From: Octopus bimaculoides
Lineage: Eukaryota
NCBI RefSeq assembly: GCF_001194135.2
Contig: NC_068987.1
Span: 3,566,481-3,615,053 of the forward strand
Direction: 5' to 3'
DNA length: 48,573 nt
The translations under genes and the position numbers were made by a program. The notes beneath the pieces were generated by a model that was given only the letters and a program-made list of their open reading frames with translations, did not search any database and was not told where the DNA came from. This document shows positions 23,058-36,202 of the stretch, piece by piece; the first letter of the stretch is position 1, and every line of letters begins with the position of its first letter.

Positions 23058-26000
23058 GGTTATTTGATCAGAGGCAGAAAACAGCAGCATTTTGAGACTA
23101 CTCTGAAGTAGTTTGCAGGAATTATCTCCCTTACTACATATACAGTCTGTGTGCGTGTGTGCAAGCGTGCGTACGTGTGTGTGTACGTGTGTGTGTACGT
23201 GTGTGGTGTGTTCCCCTTTCTAAATCGCGATATGGAGATACGGTATTTGATGGCATAAGAGACAGACTCTCCTTTGGAGAGGGCATTACCAAACTGAAAG
23301 TACTTGTTCAGCATATTTCCGTCAAAAAAATCTATTCCTTAAATTTCTTTCTTTTTTAAGCTGAACAGTGAAAAAACACGGTTCCTCCTTCCCACCGCAC
23401 GCTCACGCCCCCCCCCCCCATTGACTATCATGTCCACGAGCGGGTTTTACATCCATCTACCTCTCTCTCTCTATATATATATATATATTTGCCACACTCT
23501 CTCTGCATATGAGCATCTCTCACTCTTCATACAACATGTAATAGAAATCGGTCACAGGAGACGAGCACACCTGTCTATGCACCTCCCTCTCTCCCTCTGT
23601 CTTTTATGCTTTGCCCCTCTCTCTCTCTCTGTCTTTTATGCTTTGCCCCTCTCTATATATATATTTATCATAGTCTCTTTTATTCTTTGTCTCTCTGTGT
23701 GTGTGTATATGTGCCATGCAGTGGTACTGAGCCTAAAGCCATGAGGTTGGCAAGTAGTGGGGCTGAACCTGGAACCACAAGGTTGGAAAGCAAGCGTCAT
23801 ACCACACAGCCATGCCAGTACCTATAAATTTGAGGGAGGTTGCAATGAGATTTATTCTTTGTTGTTGCATAAGAAACAATTTTTGAGTTTTATATTTTAT
23901 CCGAAGGCATTTATCAGCCTCATGGCAGAGGACATATCTACAAATAGATTTATCTCTTCAACCAGGAGCTGCACACAATGCAACACCATGCTGCAGATTG
24001 TGTTTAAATTGTTTGACATTATTTATTAAATATCTGAGTACCACCTGGCACCCATTAATACGATGCGACATTCTCAACTGATAGAGAAAGGTCAACAAGA
24101 ATATTGTCAAAACAAGCTACAAAGGAATGAAAAGACATGAAGACCTTGGTTTAGAGACGAATGACACATGAAGCACATTTGGCAGACCAGATAAAAGGTC
24201 AGGCAACCAATTTCCTTCCATCAAAGTTCTTCAAAAGTAGATCAGAAGTGTGTTACATAGAGTAGAATAAGCCTCATACAGGATGTCTGTAAATTACCTT
24301 TACAATTTTGGAAAATTCAGAAAAAAGAAAATAAGGACAACTCAACAGATTGTATGTAGTTAATGGAGCCCACATGGAAGGGTTCTGATGTTTCTAAGAA
24401 AACTTTGTTTGTTTGCCTACATTTTACAATAAACTCAACTGAATTATATCCTTATTGTTGTTTTTTGTTGTTTATTAACAACATATTTTTACCAGAAGGA
24501 AAGAAAGAAAAAACATTAACAGTATAGAAGAGAAAATTATTGAGAAAAATAAATCCCATAACTACGTCACCAAGAAAACAAAGAGGAAAAAAGTGGCAGG
24601 GAGGAATTAAGCTGCAGAAGACAGGGATGGGGGGGTAATGGGTTATACACCCCAGAGCAAATGGCATGTTTAGCCACACCTTGTGGACATGATTGCAAAG
24701 GCATTGCCATGGAGAATGACCAGTGACACTTGTAACGACAGCCACCCCCACCTCCTGGGGCTCATTTCTCAGACAGGCAGCATTCACCCCAATTTTGTGG
24801 AGGAATCACAATGCAGGGTCAGAGAACACCTGAGGTCACATGACAGTGACCGGCACAAACTGATAGGGGCTGGTCATGCTCCTGTAATTGTTTATCTTCT
24901 GCTCCTCTGAATTACAGGAAGCAATACCCAGGTTTGCAGCTGACGCAGCAAGGTTGGGGGCAGAGAACTTGCCTCATTCATATGAAAAGTGGTAATTCTG
25001 TTTTGGCCCTTACAACCCCACAGTCAAGACCTACCGGCTCCAGTTTTGTAAAGGACACCCAGTAGTTGTCACTAACTGAAATAGTAACTACAGCAAAAAG
25101 AAAGTGCTAAAGTTTGTAAATAGTCTTTCCTGAGGGGAGAAGGAGGGGAGGCTGTGCCAGATCTTGGATGGTACTCATTTACAGATTGGGACAACATGAA
25201 ATGTCTTACTCAAGAGCATAGCACACTACCAGGCACAAGAATCGAACCTACAGTCTTATGGCTACTAACTGAACATCCTAACCACTATGCCACACAACTT
25301 GAAATGTTTACATTTTACTCCACAGGATATATCCTGAGAAAGGGTTTTAAGAAACTTTTTTTGAAAAAAGTTCTTAGCTCAGGCATTGCTAGAGGGTTAA
25401 GAAACACACTCTGTAACCATGGTTTTTCGCATTTAGTTCTACTGTACAGCAAGTGTCTTCCACTATAGCCATGAGCCAACCAATGCCTTGGAAGTAAATT
25501 TGGTAAATGGAAATTGTGCAAGACCATCATATCATCATCATCAACAGCATTTAACTTCTGATTTCCATACTGGCATGGGTTGGACAGTTTGACAGGAGCT
25601 GGCAAGGCCAGGATCCACACAGTGTTCTACTGTCTGTTTTGGCTTGGTTTCTACAGCTGGATGCTCTTCCTAACGCCAACCACTTTACAGAGTGTACTGG
25701 GTGCTTTTTGTGTGGCACGAGCACCAGAGCCTTTTATGTGGCATTATATATACATAAATATGTTTGTATGTATTTGTGTTTGGCCCCAACCCAACTCTTA
25801 ACAAACGGTGTTGGTTTGTTTTACGTCCACGTAATTTAGAGATCAATCGAATAAATACCAGACGTAAAAAATAAGTCCTGAGGTCAACTTATATGACCAA
25901 AGCCCTTCAAGGTGTTGCCCCTACTTTGCAGAAATCCGAAGACTGAAGCAAGTTAAGTGATAAAAGATAGAAGGTTGAAAAACTAACCCAAATCCTAAAT

Positions 26001-27639
26001 AAGTATTCATTTAAGTGGGACAACTGCCAGTTGTTCTTTTCAATGGAAATTCAAAGACATTATCATGATGGATGTTATTAAAGACGAAACTCGAAAGTAT
26101 GCAAAATTAAGTGGCTAACACTTGTCAGATTAGCAGAAAGAATGGAAGGATTCGCAGGAAAAAAAAAATTCGCTTTCAGTTTCCTACGTGACGCTTCCGA
26201 AGGTCCGCCGTCAGTTCTAGTATGGTACGTAGCTAGGCTGTGTGCCGCCCGGGGGTGCCCTTGTGTCTCCTCCGGTTCCCAAAGCCTATACTGCAGACCC
26301 AAATGCAGTCGGACCTCTCATACCCCAGGTACGCCACTGGAGGTTATACGAGATATAAAACAGACACGAATCGATCGTTTTTGAGAAAGATTATTTTCTT
26401 TTATTCTCTTACCGACTGAAATAGTTTATAATCCACTAATTTTGTTTATGTTTGCATTAATTTTATCGGTATAAAAGAAGCCAGCGATCAATAGAATATA
26501 TTTAGTTAATCTTAATTGGTTTCGGGTGAAATCTTTATAAGGAAGTTTATTACGCAATCTTTGACTTTAGCGTACCATTTTCACTTCGTCAAACTTTTGA
26601 ACTGGTATGATTTTATTTCTTGACCAAAACAGATTTTTCTTCCCAGCACTATGTTATGGCCAGCTTATTTGTCATGGATCCCCCCCCCTTTTTTTCTCCC
26701 CCTTTTCTGTGTGTATGCACTTAAGAATTCTTTTTTGTGTTAAGATGAGAAAGTGTGATTGTATCCGGTTGTTGAGAGTATTTTGTTGTTAAGGTGCAGA
26801 AACAAGAAGAAAATATTCTAAACCAGTCTTATCTTAAACAACAACACAATAAAAGTAACAGGTCACCCACATAAGTTGGATTTTCGCCAATCATAAGTCT
26901 TAACTGCACCACGAAATGTCAGTCAGCGTAAAAAGAATATTCTTCCAAGACCACAATGGAATTGATATCGGTCACCATTTGACAAAGTGAAAGTACAAGC
27001 TAATGAAAGATCGTCCTTGTAACTAAATTATGGCAGTGAATGAATGAACTCACTTTTCAAATACACTTATTTCCCAGAAGAAGCCTCCTGCTTGTCTGTC
27101 TATCTGGATGGGTTGGGCCCAGGTTGAGGAACATGCAGTAGAAGGGGGTCCTTCAAAGACGGTTTATAGGTAACAATTAGGTGCAACCGGTGGTGAGACG
27201 GGCACTGCTGTTTTGTATATTTCTTTTTCCTCCGTCCTGTCTCCCTATTGTAATTAAAAAGATCCGAGTCCCTAGACAGAAGTAGAACAAAACATGATGG
27301 ATGGATCAATTATGTTTGTGTCTATACTGGACAGATGCGTTGTATGTGAGTGCTATTAGTGTGTTTTGCTTTTTACCTCTTTTACGTATTTTGGTTATTA
27401 ATGGAATAACCTTATCGACCGTCTTTTGACGATAAGGAGAAAAAACAATTTTACAACAAAAAGTGAAGGAAATCCCATCTAATATATTTGCATGTGCTTA
27501 GACATTTAAAGACGGGTGTAAATAATAATATCACCGTCTCTGGGTGGCCACATTCCTTTCTAATTGATTTATATTTTAAAGCAGATTAAAAACAAATAAA
27601 TCCAGAATGACTTTATCCCAAGTTGAATGCAAGGATATG

Positions 27640-27790
27640 AAATAATGGTTTTAAATTTTGGTACAAGGTTAACTACGATAATTGGAAGGGAGCTAAACGA
27701 CGATATGTCCTCAGTATTTAACTGGTACTTTATTTGATCGACCCCACGAAGGGACGAAAGACAAAGTGGACCTCGGCGGTATTTGAACTT
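27640..27790 (-). mobile_element. SINE family B copy 50 nt inside NADK2 intron 1
   Basis: Family B core. It explains the nonsense tail of the supplied ORF 27569..28114. Confidence 0.8.
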
Positions 27791-27841
27791 AGAACATAAT
27801 GATATAAAATAATGATTATAAATTAAATATAAAACGCTCAC

Positions 27842-28114
27842 ATTTTGAATGAGTTGCTCTTCAGTGCCATCACCAAACAACAGTTTCTCGTATTCATATC
27901 GTGTAACCTTTGATAAAATAACAGCTTTCTTCGGGTTAAAGGTTTGTTTGGCATTACTAGTTTGGTTTAGTTGGGGTCCACTGAAGAAAGTTCGCAAGGA
28001 AAAAGAACATAGAAGTTGCTTCTGAAAGTGACTACATTTCTTACAATGTTTTACCAACGAAGGAAGGCAGTTGAACAATAACAATCTTTTACAATTCCAC
28101 ATCAGCAAAGTCAT
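27842..28114 (-). CDS. NADK2: NADK2 exon 1 (91 aa): mitochondrial presequence-like N-terminus, then FNPKKAVILSKVTRYEYEK
   Basis: The first ~60 aa are basic and lack acidic residues. K.TRYE.E is an NADK2 motif. Donor AAT|gtgagc, phase 0. Confidence 0.93.
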
Positions 28115-28559
28115 TTAATGTAATCCAAACAATTAAATAACAACAACTGGCAGTGGAGGGCTAACAAAAAACTCCACTGTGTGAGCGATAACACATCTAT
28201 TACATATTCTATAATGCAATGCGTGACAGTTAAAAATATACGTCTATATTATTATTCGATAATTTAATATTCGATTTAACTTCTATTTTCCTCATAGACT
28301 TAAGTGTTAATTTATTTCCCCAGATATTATACGAAGGCAAAAATGCTAACTTTCCCTCACTATTATCCCAACATGGTGTCTCATGTCTGTGAAGAAATTT
28401 TCTTTAAACTGATTCAATCGATTCTGTTATACTGACTGTATTTATTTTATTGATCTAGTGGCATTTAGACTCTGAATGTAGAATGGTATAAATAAACAAC
28501 TTTGTAAAGTTATGAGTTCCACAATTTTTGATATTGTTATGGTAAAATGGCTAAATGTT

Positions 28560-28770
28560 TTGCGCATCGAACAAAATGTGCTGCAATATTTTACGTTGGT
28601 GTATTTCGTCTGGCTTTACGTTCTGGGTTCAAATTCCACTGAGGTCGACTTTGCCTTTCATCCTTTTGGGGGTCGATAAATTAAGTACCAGTTGCGTACA
28701 GGGGCCGATCTAATCGAATGGCTCTCTCCCCTAAAATTTCGGGCCTTGTGCTTAGAGTAGAAAAGAATAT
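28560..28770 (+). mobile_element. SINE family B copy upstream of NADK2
   Basis: gtatttcgtctggctttacgttctgggttcaaattccactgaggtcgactttgcctttcatcc...cttgtgcttagagtagaaaag. Confidence 0.8.
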
Positions 28771-28785
28771 TTTACGTTGATTTAA

Positions 28786-29429
28786 AAGGCATACCTACAC
28801 AAGAGTGACCCCTGTCGACTTGGTTTCCTCAAAACATTTAGAAAACTGGATATTAATGAAATTTTCTTCAGATGGTGTTGATTCCGATTTTATCGAAATT
28901 TTTGATAGACAAAATTNNNNNNNNNNNNNNNNNNNNNNNNNNNNNNNNNNNNNNNNNNNNNNNNNNNNNNNNNNNNNNNNNNNNNNNNNNNNNNNNNNNN
29001 NNNNNNNNNNNNNNNNNNNNNNNNNNNNNNNNNNNNNNNNNNNNNNNNNNNNNNNNNNNNNNNNNNNNNNNNNNNNNNNNNNNNNNNNNNNNNNNNNNNN
29101 NNNNNNNNNNNNNNNNNNNNNNNNNNNNNNNNNNNNNNNNNNNNNNNNNNNNNNNNNNNNNNNNNNNNNNNNNNNNNNNNNNNNNNNNNNNNNNNNNNNN
29201 NNNNNNNNNNNNNNNNNNNNNNNNNNNNNNNNNNNNNNNNNNNNNNNNNNNNNNNNNNNNNNNNNNNNNNNNNNNNNNNNNNNNNNNNNNNNNNNNNNNN
29301 NNNNNNNNNNNNNNNNNNNNNNNNNNNNNNNNNNNNNNNNNNNNNNNNNNNNNNNNNNNNNNNNNNNNNNNNNNNNNNNNNNNNNATGAGGAAACAGTCG
29401 GAGTGGGGCGCACTTGTGTAGCTATGCCC
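28786..29429. mobile_element. TIR element spanning an assembly gap (possibly Kolobok-like)
   Basis: Left ggcatacctacacaagagtgacccctgtcgacttggtttcctca versus reverse-complemented right ggcatagctacacaagtgcgccccactccgactgtttcctca. The left end follows ttaaaa. The superfamily is inferred. Confidence 0.5.
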
Positions 29430-29574
29430 AAATCTCATTACAGTCAACTTTGTAATAAACTAGCAGAATTCGAGGCAATTTCACCAATTATCATTTTTTA
29501 AAAGTTTAATTTGATGAATAAAATTATGGTTTCACTTGTAAATCAGTTTCACTCTTATATCTTCACTCTCTAAG

Positions 29575-29730
29575 TGGTCGGTGTTAGGAAGGGCATCCAG
29601 CTGTAGAAACTCTGCCAAATCAGATTGGAGCCTGGTGTAGCCATCTGGTTCACCAGTCCTCAGTCAAATCATCCAACCCATGCTAGCATGGAAAGTGGAC
29701 ATTAAACGATGATGAGGATGATGATGATGA
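29575..29730 (+). mobile_element. Retroposon family C 3' end
   Basis: gtggtcggtgttaggaagggcatccagctgtagaaac...cattaaacgatgatgaggatgatg. Confidence 0.85.
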
Positions 29731-30034
29731 TCTTCATAACATTTTTGCATTATGATTCCAGTTGTCTTCAATTTTGTTTGATAGTTTAACTTGTTTCCCT
29801 GTGTTAAATATTTTGATTTGACTCCTAAATGAGGTTGCTAAAAGGGTTAGTCGAAGTTGTTTCATTGTTAAAAACTTTTGCCCTCTGTCGGCAATAAAGA
29901 AATAATAATCTTTTCTACTCTAGGCACAAGGCCCAAAATTTTAGGGGGAGGGAGCCAGTCAATTAGATCGACCCAGTATGCAACTGGTACTTAATTTATC
30001 AACCCCGGAAAGATGAAAGGCAAAGTCGACTTGA

Positions 30035-30612
30035 CACCTGTGTTGGTGGCATGTAAAAAACACCTTTCAAGCATTGGGCTTCATGGAGGTATCTAGCACT
30101 TGTGCCAGTGGTACATGAAAAGTACCTGTTGAGAGTTGGGCCTCAAGGAGGCAATGTGACCAGTGCTAGTGTCGCATAACTGACACCTGTACTGGTGGCA
30201 CATAAAGAGCACTTTTCGAGCACTGGGCCTCACGGAAGCAATGTGGCCAATGCTGGTGTCGCGTAACTAGCCCCCGTGCCAGTGGCACATAAATAGAATC
30301 TTTCGAGTGTTGGGTCTGACAAGCAATGACCGAGAGCTTCAGCAATATGCCATACTTGACTAGAAAACCCATCAGGCAAGTGAAATTGTAGTTGTGACAG
30401 ATACTGATGTCACACAAAATAGCACCTCTGCCAGTGGCACGTAAAAGCACCCGTTACACTCTGTGAAGTGGTTGGTGTTAGGAAGAGCATCCAGTTGTAG
30501 AAACCATGCCAAATCAGACTGGAGTTTGATGCAGCCCCTCAGCTTGCCAACTCTGTTCAAAACCGCCCAACCCATACCAGCATGGGCAACAGACGTTAAA
30601 AGGTGATGATGA
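30035..30612 (+). mobile_element. Retroposon family C with 5' tandem hairpin monomers
   Basis: Three to four repeats of gtgccagtggcacataaa..gcac..cgagc..tgggcctcacggaggcaatg, followed by the family C tail. Confidence 0.8.
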
Positions 30613-30649
30613 TTATATAAGTTTGTGTATATATGTGTGTGTATATATC

Positions 30650-30945
30650 ATCATTATCGTCGTCGTCGTCGTTTAACGTCTGCTTTCCATGCTAGCATGG
30701 GTTGGACGATTTGACTGAGGACTGGTGAAACCAGATGGCTACGCCAGGCTCCAATCTGATTTGGCAGGGTTTCTACAGCTGGATGCCCTTCCTAACGCCA
30801 ACCACTCCAAGAGTGTAGTGGGTGCTTTTACGTGCCACCTGCACGAAGGCCAGTCAGGCGGTACTGGCAACGGCCACACTCAAAATGGTGTATTTTATGT
30901 GCCACCCGCACAAGAGCCAGTCCAGGGGCACTGGCAACGATCTCG
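30650..30945 (-). mobile_element. Retroposon family C, truncated by a gap
   Basis: Reverse complement of the family C tail plus two hairpin monomers. Confidence 0.85.
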
Positions 30946-31817
30946 NNNNNNNNNNNNNNNNNNNNNNNNNNNNNNNNNNNNNNNNNNNNNNNNNNNNNNN
31001 NNNNNNNNNNNNNNNNNNNNNNNNNNNNNNNNNNNNNNNNNNNNNNNNNNNNNNNNNNNNNNNNNNNNNNNNNNNNNNNNNNNNNNNNNNNNNNNNNNNN
31101 NNNNNNNNNNNNNNNNNNNNNNNNNNNNNNNNNNNNNNNNNNNNNNNNNNNNNNNNNNNNNNNNNNNNNNNNNNNNNNNNNNNNNNNNNNNNNNNNNNNN
31201 NNNNNNNNNNNNNNNNNNNNNNNNNNNNNNNNNNNNNNNNNNNNNNNNNNNNNNNNNNNNNNNNNNNNNNNNNNNNNNNNNNNNNNNNNNNNNNNNNNNN
31301 NNNNNNNNNNNNNNNNNNNNNNNNNNNNNNNNNNNNNNNNNNNNNNNNNNNNNNNNNNNNNNNNNNNNNNNNNNNNNNNNNNNNNNNNNTATATATATAT
31401 ATATATATGTATATAAAACAAAACTCAAATTTTGTGTTTGAAGTTGCTCAATAATGTTTGCATTTATCTAAATGTTGGATGTTTGGGATTACTGAGAAAA
31501 ATTTTAGTTCAACAGTTTTTGTCAAGCCTTTGTGATTCTTTGTGGAATGTTGATAGATGACAAATATTTGCTTCTTTACACTGTATTCTCACTAGTGATC
31601 AACATATCTTTCACATAAACTGAAAGTTATTTCTCCTATATAGGTTTTAGTAATGTCCTTAAATTATCTTCCCATGCATCTCATACAGTACATTGCATTT
31701 CTAGTTCAGCAGTTTATCTGTGGAGTGGCTGTGCACACTCTGCAGTTATTGTGGTACAATAAGACTAAAACCAGCCACACATAAATACACACATACACAC
31801 AGAGTCATACATGCATT

Positions 31818-31856
<39 letters not shown>

Positions 31857-31988
31857 AGAAGAGAGGAACAACTGAATTTTGAATCAGAAAATATATAGAT
31901 GTTTTATGAAAACATCTATTTTTAAACACATTAGGAGACAGATAGTATCTATCTTCCTCCCTTCTCTTTATATATATATGTATGTGTG

Positions 31989-32029
<41 letters not shown>

Positions 32030-32791
32030 ATATATACATATTTGTATTTTGCTGCCTATCCTCGTGTTTTAGATATACATACATACATACATATAAACGC
32101 AGAGTAGATGAAACGGAGACAACTGACGAAGGGGTATACTCTTTATGTTGCATGTCTCGTTTCTCTGTTTTTTTTCATTGTTCGAAAAAAGTTTGTTTTC
32201 TATGTTTTCACCTCTCATTGTGTTTAACGTTTTTTTGACGTCCTGTACCCATATATGCATGTATGTATGATGTAGGTATGTACATATATGTATGGATATA
32301 TGCATATATTTATATATTATTTATATTATATATATNNNNNNNNNNNNNNNNNNNNNNNNNNNNNNNNNNNNNNNNNNNNNNNNNNNNNNNNNNNNNNNNN
32401 NNNNNNNNNNNNNNNNNNNNNNNNNNNNNNNNNNNNNNNNNNNNNNNNNNNNNNNNNNNNNNNNNNNNNNNNNNNNNNNNNNNNNNNNNNNNNNNNNNNN
32501 NNNNNNNNNNNNNNNNNNNNNNNNNNNNNNNNNNNNNNNNNNNNNNNNNNNNNNNNNNNNNNNNNNNNNNNNNNNNNNNNNNNNNNNNNNNNNNNNNNNN
32601 NNNNNNNNNNNNNNNNNNNNNNNNNNNNNNNNNNNNNNNNNNNNNNNNNNNNNNNNNNNNNNNNNNNNNNNNNNNNNNNNNNNNNNNNNNNNNNNNNNNN
32701 NNNNNNNNNNNNNNNNNNNNNNNNNNNNNNNNNNNNNNNNNNNNNNNNNNNNNNNNNNNNNNNNNNNNNNNNNNNNNNNATATATATATAT

Positions 32792-33097
32792 ACCGCCTGA
32801 CTGGCCTTTGTAGGGTTTTCGAGCGAGATCGTTGCCAGTGCCCCTGGACTGGCTCTTGTGCAGGTGGCACATAAAAGACACCATTTCGAGCGTGGCCATT
32901 TTCGTGTGGGTGACACGTAAAAGCACCCACTACACTCTCTGAGTGGTTGGCGTTAGGAAGGGCATCCAGCTGTAGAAACTCTGCCAAATTAGATTGGAGC
33001 CTGGTGTTGCCATCCGGTTTCACCAGTCCTCAGTCAAATCGTCCAACCCATGCTAGCATGGAAGGCGGACGTTAAACGATGATGATGATGATGATGA
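32792..33097 (+). mobile_element. Retroposon family C, truncated by a gap
   Basis: Monomers plus the family C tail ending in (GAT)n. Confidence 0.85.
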
Positions 33098-33431
33098 AAC
33101 AGAATAAAACAACTTTTTTGCACATTCTTCTTTTACTGTTTATTTTAATAATGAAAACATGTTTTTCTAATATTTTATTCGTTATAATTTATATTTTTAC
33201 AGCATGATCAACAAAACTAATTATATTCTAAAAATATTTGATTTATTTTACAAGTTGATATTATACAATAGATCAAAATCTCTAATCTATAGGAATAAAT
33301 ACATTTGTCCCCAATCGTTATTTTGTTCGACATGTCTTTGCAGTTTTGTATTTGCTACATGTTTTTAACATTCTCCTCGTAAGTCATTAAAATCTACTTC
33401 TTACTTATAATGCAATGGTGTCCAGTAGCAG

Positions 33432-33507
33432 TTAGAGTTTGTAGTCTTCATACCATTCTTGCATTGCAGTCTTACCCCTACACTTCCCTACTTCGTTTAA
33501 AATGGTC
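33432..33507 (-). CDS. Uncharacterised coiled-coil gene, last exon: (M)TILNEVGKCRGKTAMQEWYEDYKL*
   Basis: ggtttcgtttaccatttag acceptor. The phase-2 start matches the previous exon, and it ends in TAA. Confidence 0.7.
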
Positions 33508-35575
33508 CTAAATGGTAAACGAAACCAAGTCATGGCTCTATTGCTTTGGTTTCGAATTTAGGCACAAAGCCAGCAATTTGGGAGAGGGGGAAAGTCGATT
33601 ACATCAGCTCAACAGGTAATTATTTTATTGACACTGGAAGTATGAAAAGCAAAGCCAATGTTGGCAGACTTTGAATTCAGAACATAAAGATAGACAAAAT
33701 GTTGTTAAGTATTTTGCTCGGTGTGCTAACAATTCCGCCAGCTTTCTACCTCACAACTGTATTTTATTAATGACTGACTACTGTACCACCACACCAGACA
33801 GCATTAGCTCTATAATTATTAAAAACTTATTCATTGAATTATGAAATACAAATTTGTCCAACAAAGAAGTTTATCGCTTTTGTCAGAAGAAGAAGCCAGC
33901 TGCTGGGGCTGACTTGCAATAGCAAAAGCCTGCTGAGCTGGTGGAACTATGCCACAGCAATGGGGTCCCATCATGGTGGGTCCCTGTGCAGAGCTTACAA
34001 CCTGCCTGGCATCACAGGGACAAGGAGGGAGAGGGCCATGAGGTTGACTGTTAGGGAAGCAGAGGTTGTTTCAGGGTGGCTGAATGCTCCAGAATGGGCA
34101 GTGCTACTTGTGGATTGTGCAGACTGGACACAAGCTGTGGCTTGATGATACCTTTCTTGGTCACCTGGGTGGAGATTACTGATTGTTGAAAGACCCAAAA
34201 CACTTAATGAGCCCCAAGAAACATCCCTAATGATATATACAGGTCCCTCATAGGTTGATGTAAGGAACCAAAAAATCCCCTTTAAATGCATATTTGACTC
34301 ATCTTCATTGTTTTTTAATGAAATTCTTTTCTACTTTTGCATCACATAAATGGTGTTTTTATTAACTTTCTCCCTTTTTTTTCACATTAACATATTCTCA
34401 TGTTGATGAAGCAGCTTCCAACATTATTGGTAACATTGAAGAAAGAAATATTAAACTGCTCATATTTCAAGCAGGAAGCAATCAAAGTTTCCATTCATAA
34501 AAGGGGAGGCATGTGGCTTAGCGGTTAGGGTGTCAGACTTATGGGCGTAAGATTGTGGTTTCAATTCCTGGATTAGATGATGCATTGTATTTCATGTTAT
34601 TCCAGTTTCCTCAGCTGGCAAAAAGGAGTAATTCTGCAACAGACCAGCATCCCATCCAGGTGGGGTCAGAATATATATATGCAACAGAAATTGAGGTAAC
34701 TAGCCTTGTGAATCTATATGACACGGGGAGGAGCCGTCTGTCCATTCATAAAAGTTTTTCAAATTTAATGTGAGGTGTTTAGAGTTGTATGTGGTTGATG
34801 GTTGTTTGCAGTAGTTCAAGAAAGAATGAGATCTGCAATCCAGGAATATAAATGGTTAGAAATAATTGTGGAATGGTTGTTATTATGATAAAAGAAAAGT
34901 GTAGGGACTTAAACCAATCCACGAGGAACACCAAAGGAGACAAAATGTAGGTGAAGCAGAGTCTCATTAACAATTATTTGTTTCAGTAATTGGACTGTGG
35001 CCAAGCTGGGGCTCCACCTTGAAGAGTTTAGTCAAATAAATCGACCCCAGTACATTTTTTTATCAGTCTCCTTTTGCTAAATCACTAAGTTACAGGGACT
35101 GTTCTGCATAGAGACAGACGTGGATGTGTATAAGCACAGTCCTGCTTAAGAAGCTCACTTTGCAACCTCCTGGTTCTGGGTTCAGTACCACTGTATGGCA
35201 TTTTGGGCAAGTGCCAGCCCCAGGCTGACCAATGCCTTGTGAATGAATTTGGTAGACAGAATCTGTGAGGAAACCCATTGTGTGTGTGTGAGTGTTTATG
35301 TGGTTTTGGTCCCTCCCAGCATTGCTGGACAACCAGTGTTGGTTGCTTTGTGAAGGAATCTGGGAATAGAGGCCAACAGAATAAGTACCGGGGTTGATTT
35401 GTTTAACTAAAACCCTTGAAGGTGGTGCCCCAGCATGGCTGTAGTCCAATGAGTGAAACATGTAAGAGATAACATAAAAAAAAGATAGGAAGGGTATCTC
35501 TGAAAAGTGATGCAAGCTCCATTGTTTGGAGATCTCTCATTCTTTACAAAGAAAATGGTGATTACTATTATTACT

Positions 35576-35610
<35 letters not shown>

Positions 35611-35980
35611 CATTAGCAACAGAGTTGATTGGGAGTTTGTTTAAACTAATCGTATTGGGGCTAAGGAATAAAAAGTCTTTATATACAACTGAAAGAATAA
35701 CATTAAACCATACGAATGTCTTTAGAATTTCCCAATTTCAGGAACTCCATGGTTGCCAGGATTATTATTGTTGCCCGTTGGATTATCTCCTGATACTACA
35801 AATATAGTTTGTGCCCCAGCTGTAGAATCTGTGATTTTTTTCCTTTTGTTCTCCACAATTTCTTTCACTTTTTCTTGTTGTTCAATTTTACATTTATCCA
35901 ACCTAAAAAGAAAAATATAAAAAAAATAATGAAAAATAAAGTTTGCAATAAAATGTTTCAGATCTGAGACAAATCTATAA

Positions 35981-36202
35981 CTCTTTCGTTACCATATTTA
36001 TTATGAGATGCTCTGTGTTTCTTTCAATTGATTTTAAATATAACAAAGAATTTAGTAAAATAACTTCATCATCCCTAAGCTAGTGTTAGGAACATAAATT
36101 GTGACTCAAGTTTGGTGGAAGATTTTAATTCAGAACTTATGAAAACAAGACATTTGTACAACAAAGCCAGAGGCAGTTTCAGCTGGGTTGATATCGAAAG
36201 GG
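35981..36202. mobile_element. piggyBac-like MITE; partial opposite-orientation copy at 38471-38625
   Basis: Ends ctctttcgttacc / gatatcgaaaggg followed by TTAA. The second copy starts ttaa-cccttttgttacc. Confidence 0.65.

Noticed and set aside
24590-25100. GC-richer segment with ORFs, and a similar one at 33870-34290
   Set aside because: No motif could be assigned. They are probably old retroelement debris and cannot be classified by eye.
25981-25995. ctaacccaaat, resembling a telomerase RNA template
   Set aside because: It mismatches CTAACCCTAA, and no pseudoknot or H/ACA context is evident.
27569-27841. C-terminal half of the supplied 181-aa ORF
   Set aside because: It is intron read-through into a SINE. 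The real exon ends at 27842.
30150-30260. HDV-like ribozyme in the gggcctcacggaggcaa monomer
   Set aside because: The flanking segments form a simple nested stem (agcattgg/ccaatgct), not the P1-P2-P3 double pseudoknot.
32116-32158. CTGACGA followed by a small hairpin and flanked by GAGACA/TGTCTC
   Set aside because: There is no GAAA after stem II, so it cannot be called a hammerhead. It is possibly a more decayed PLE relic.
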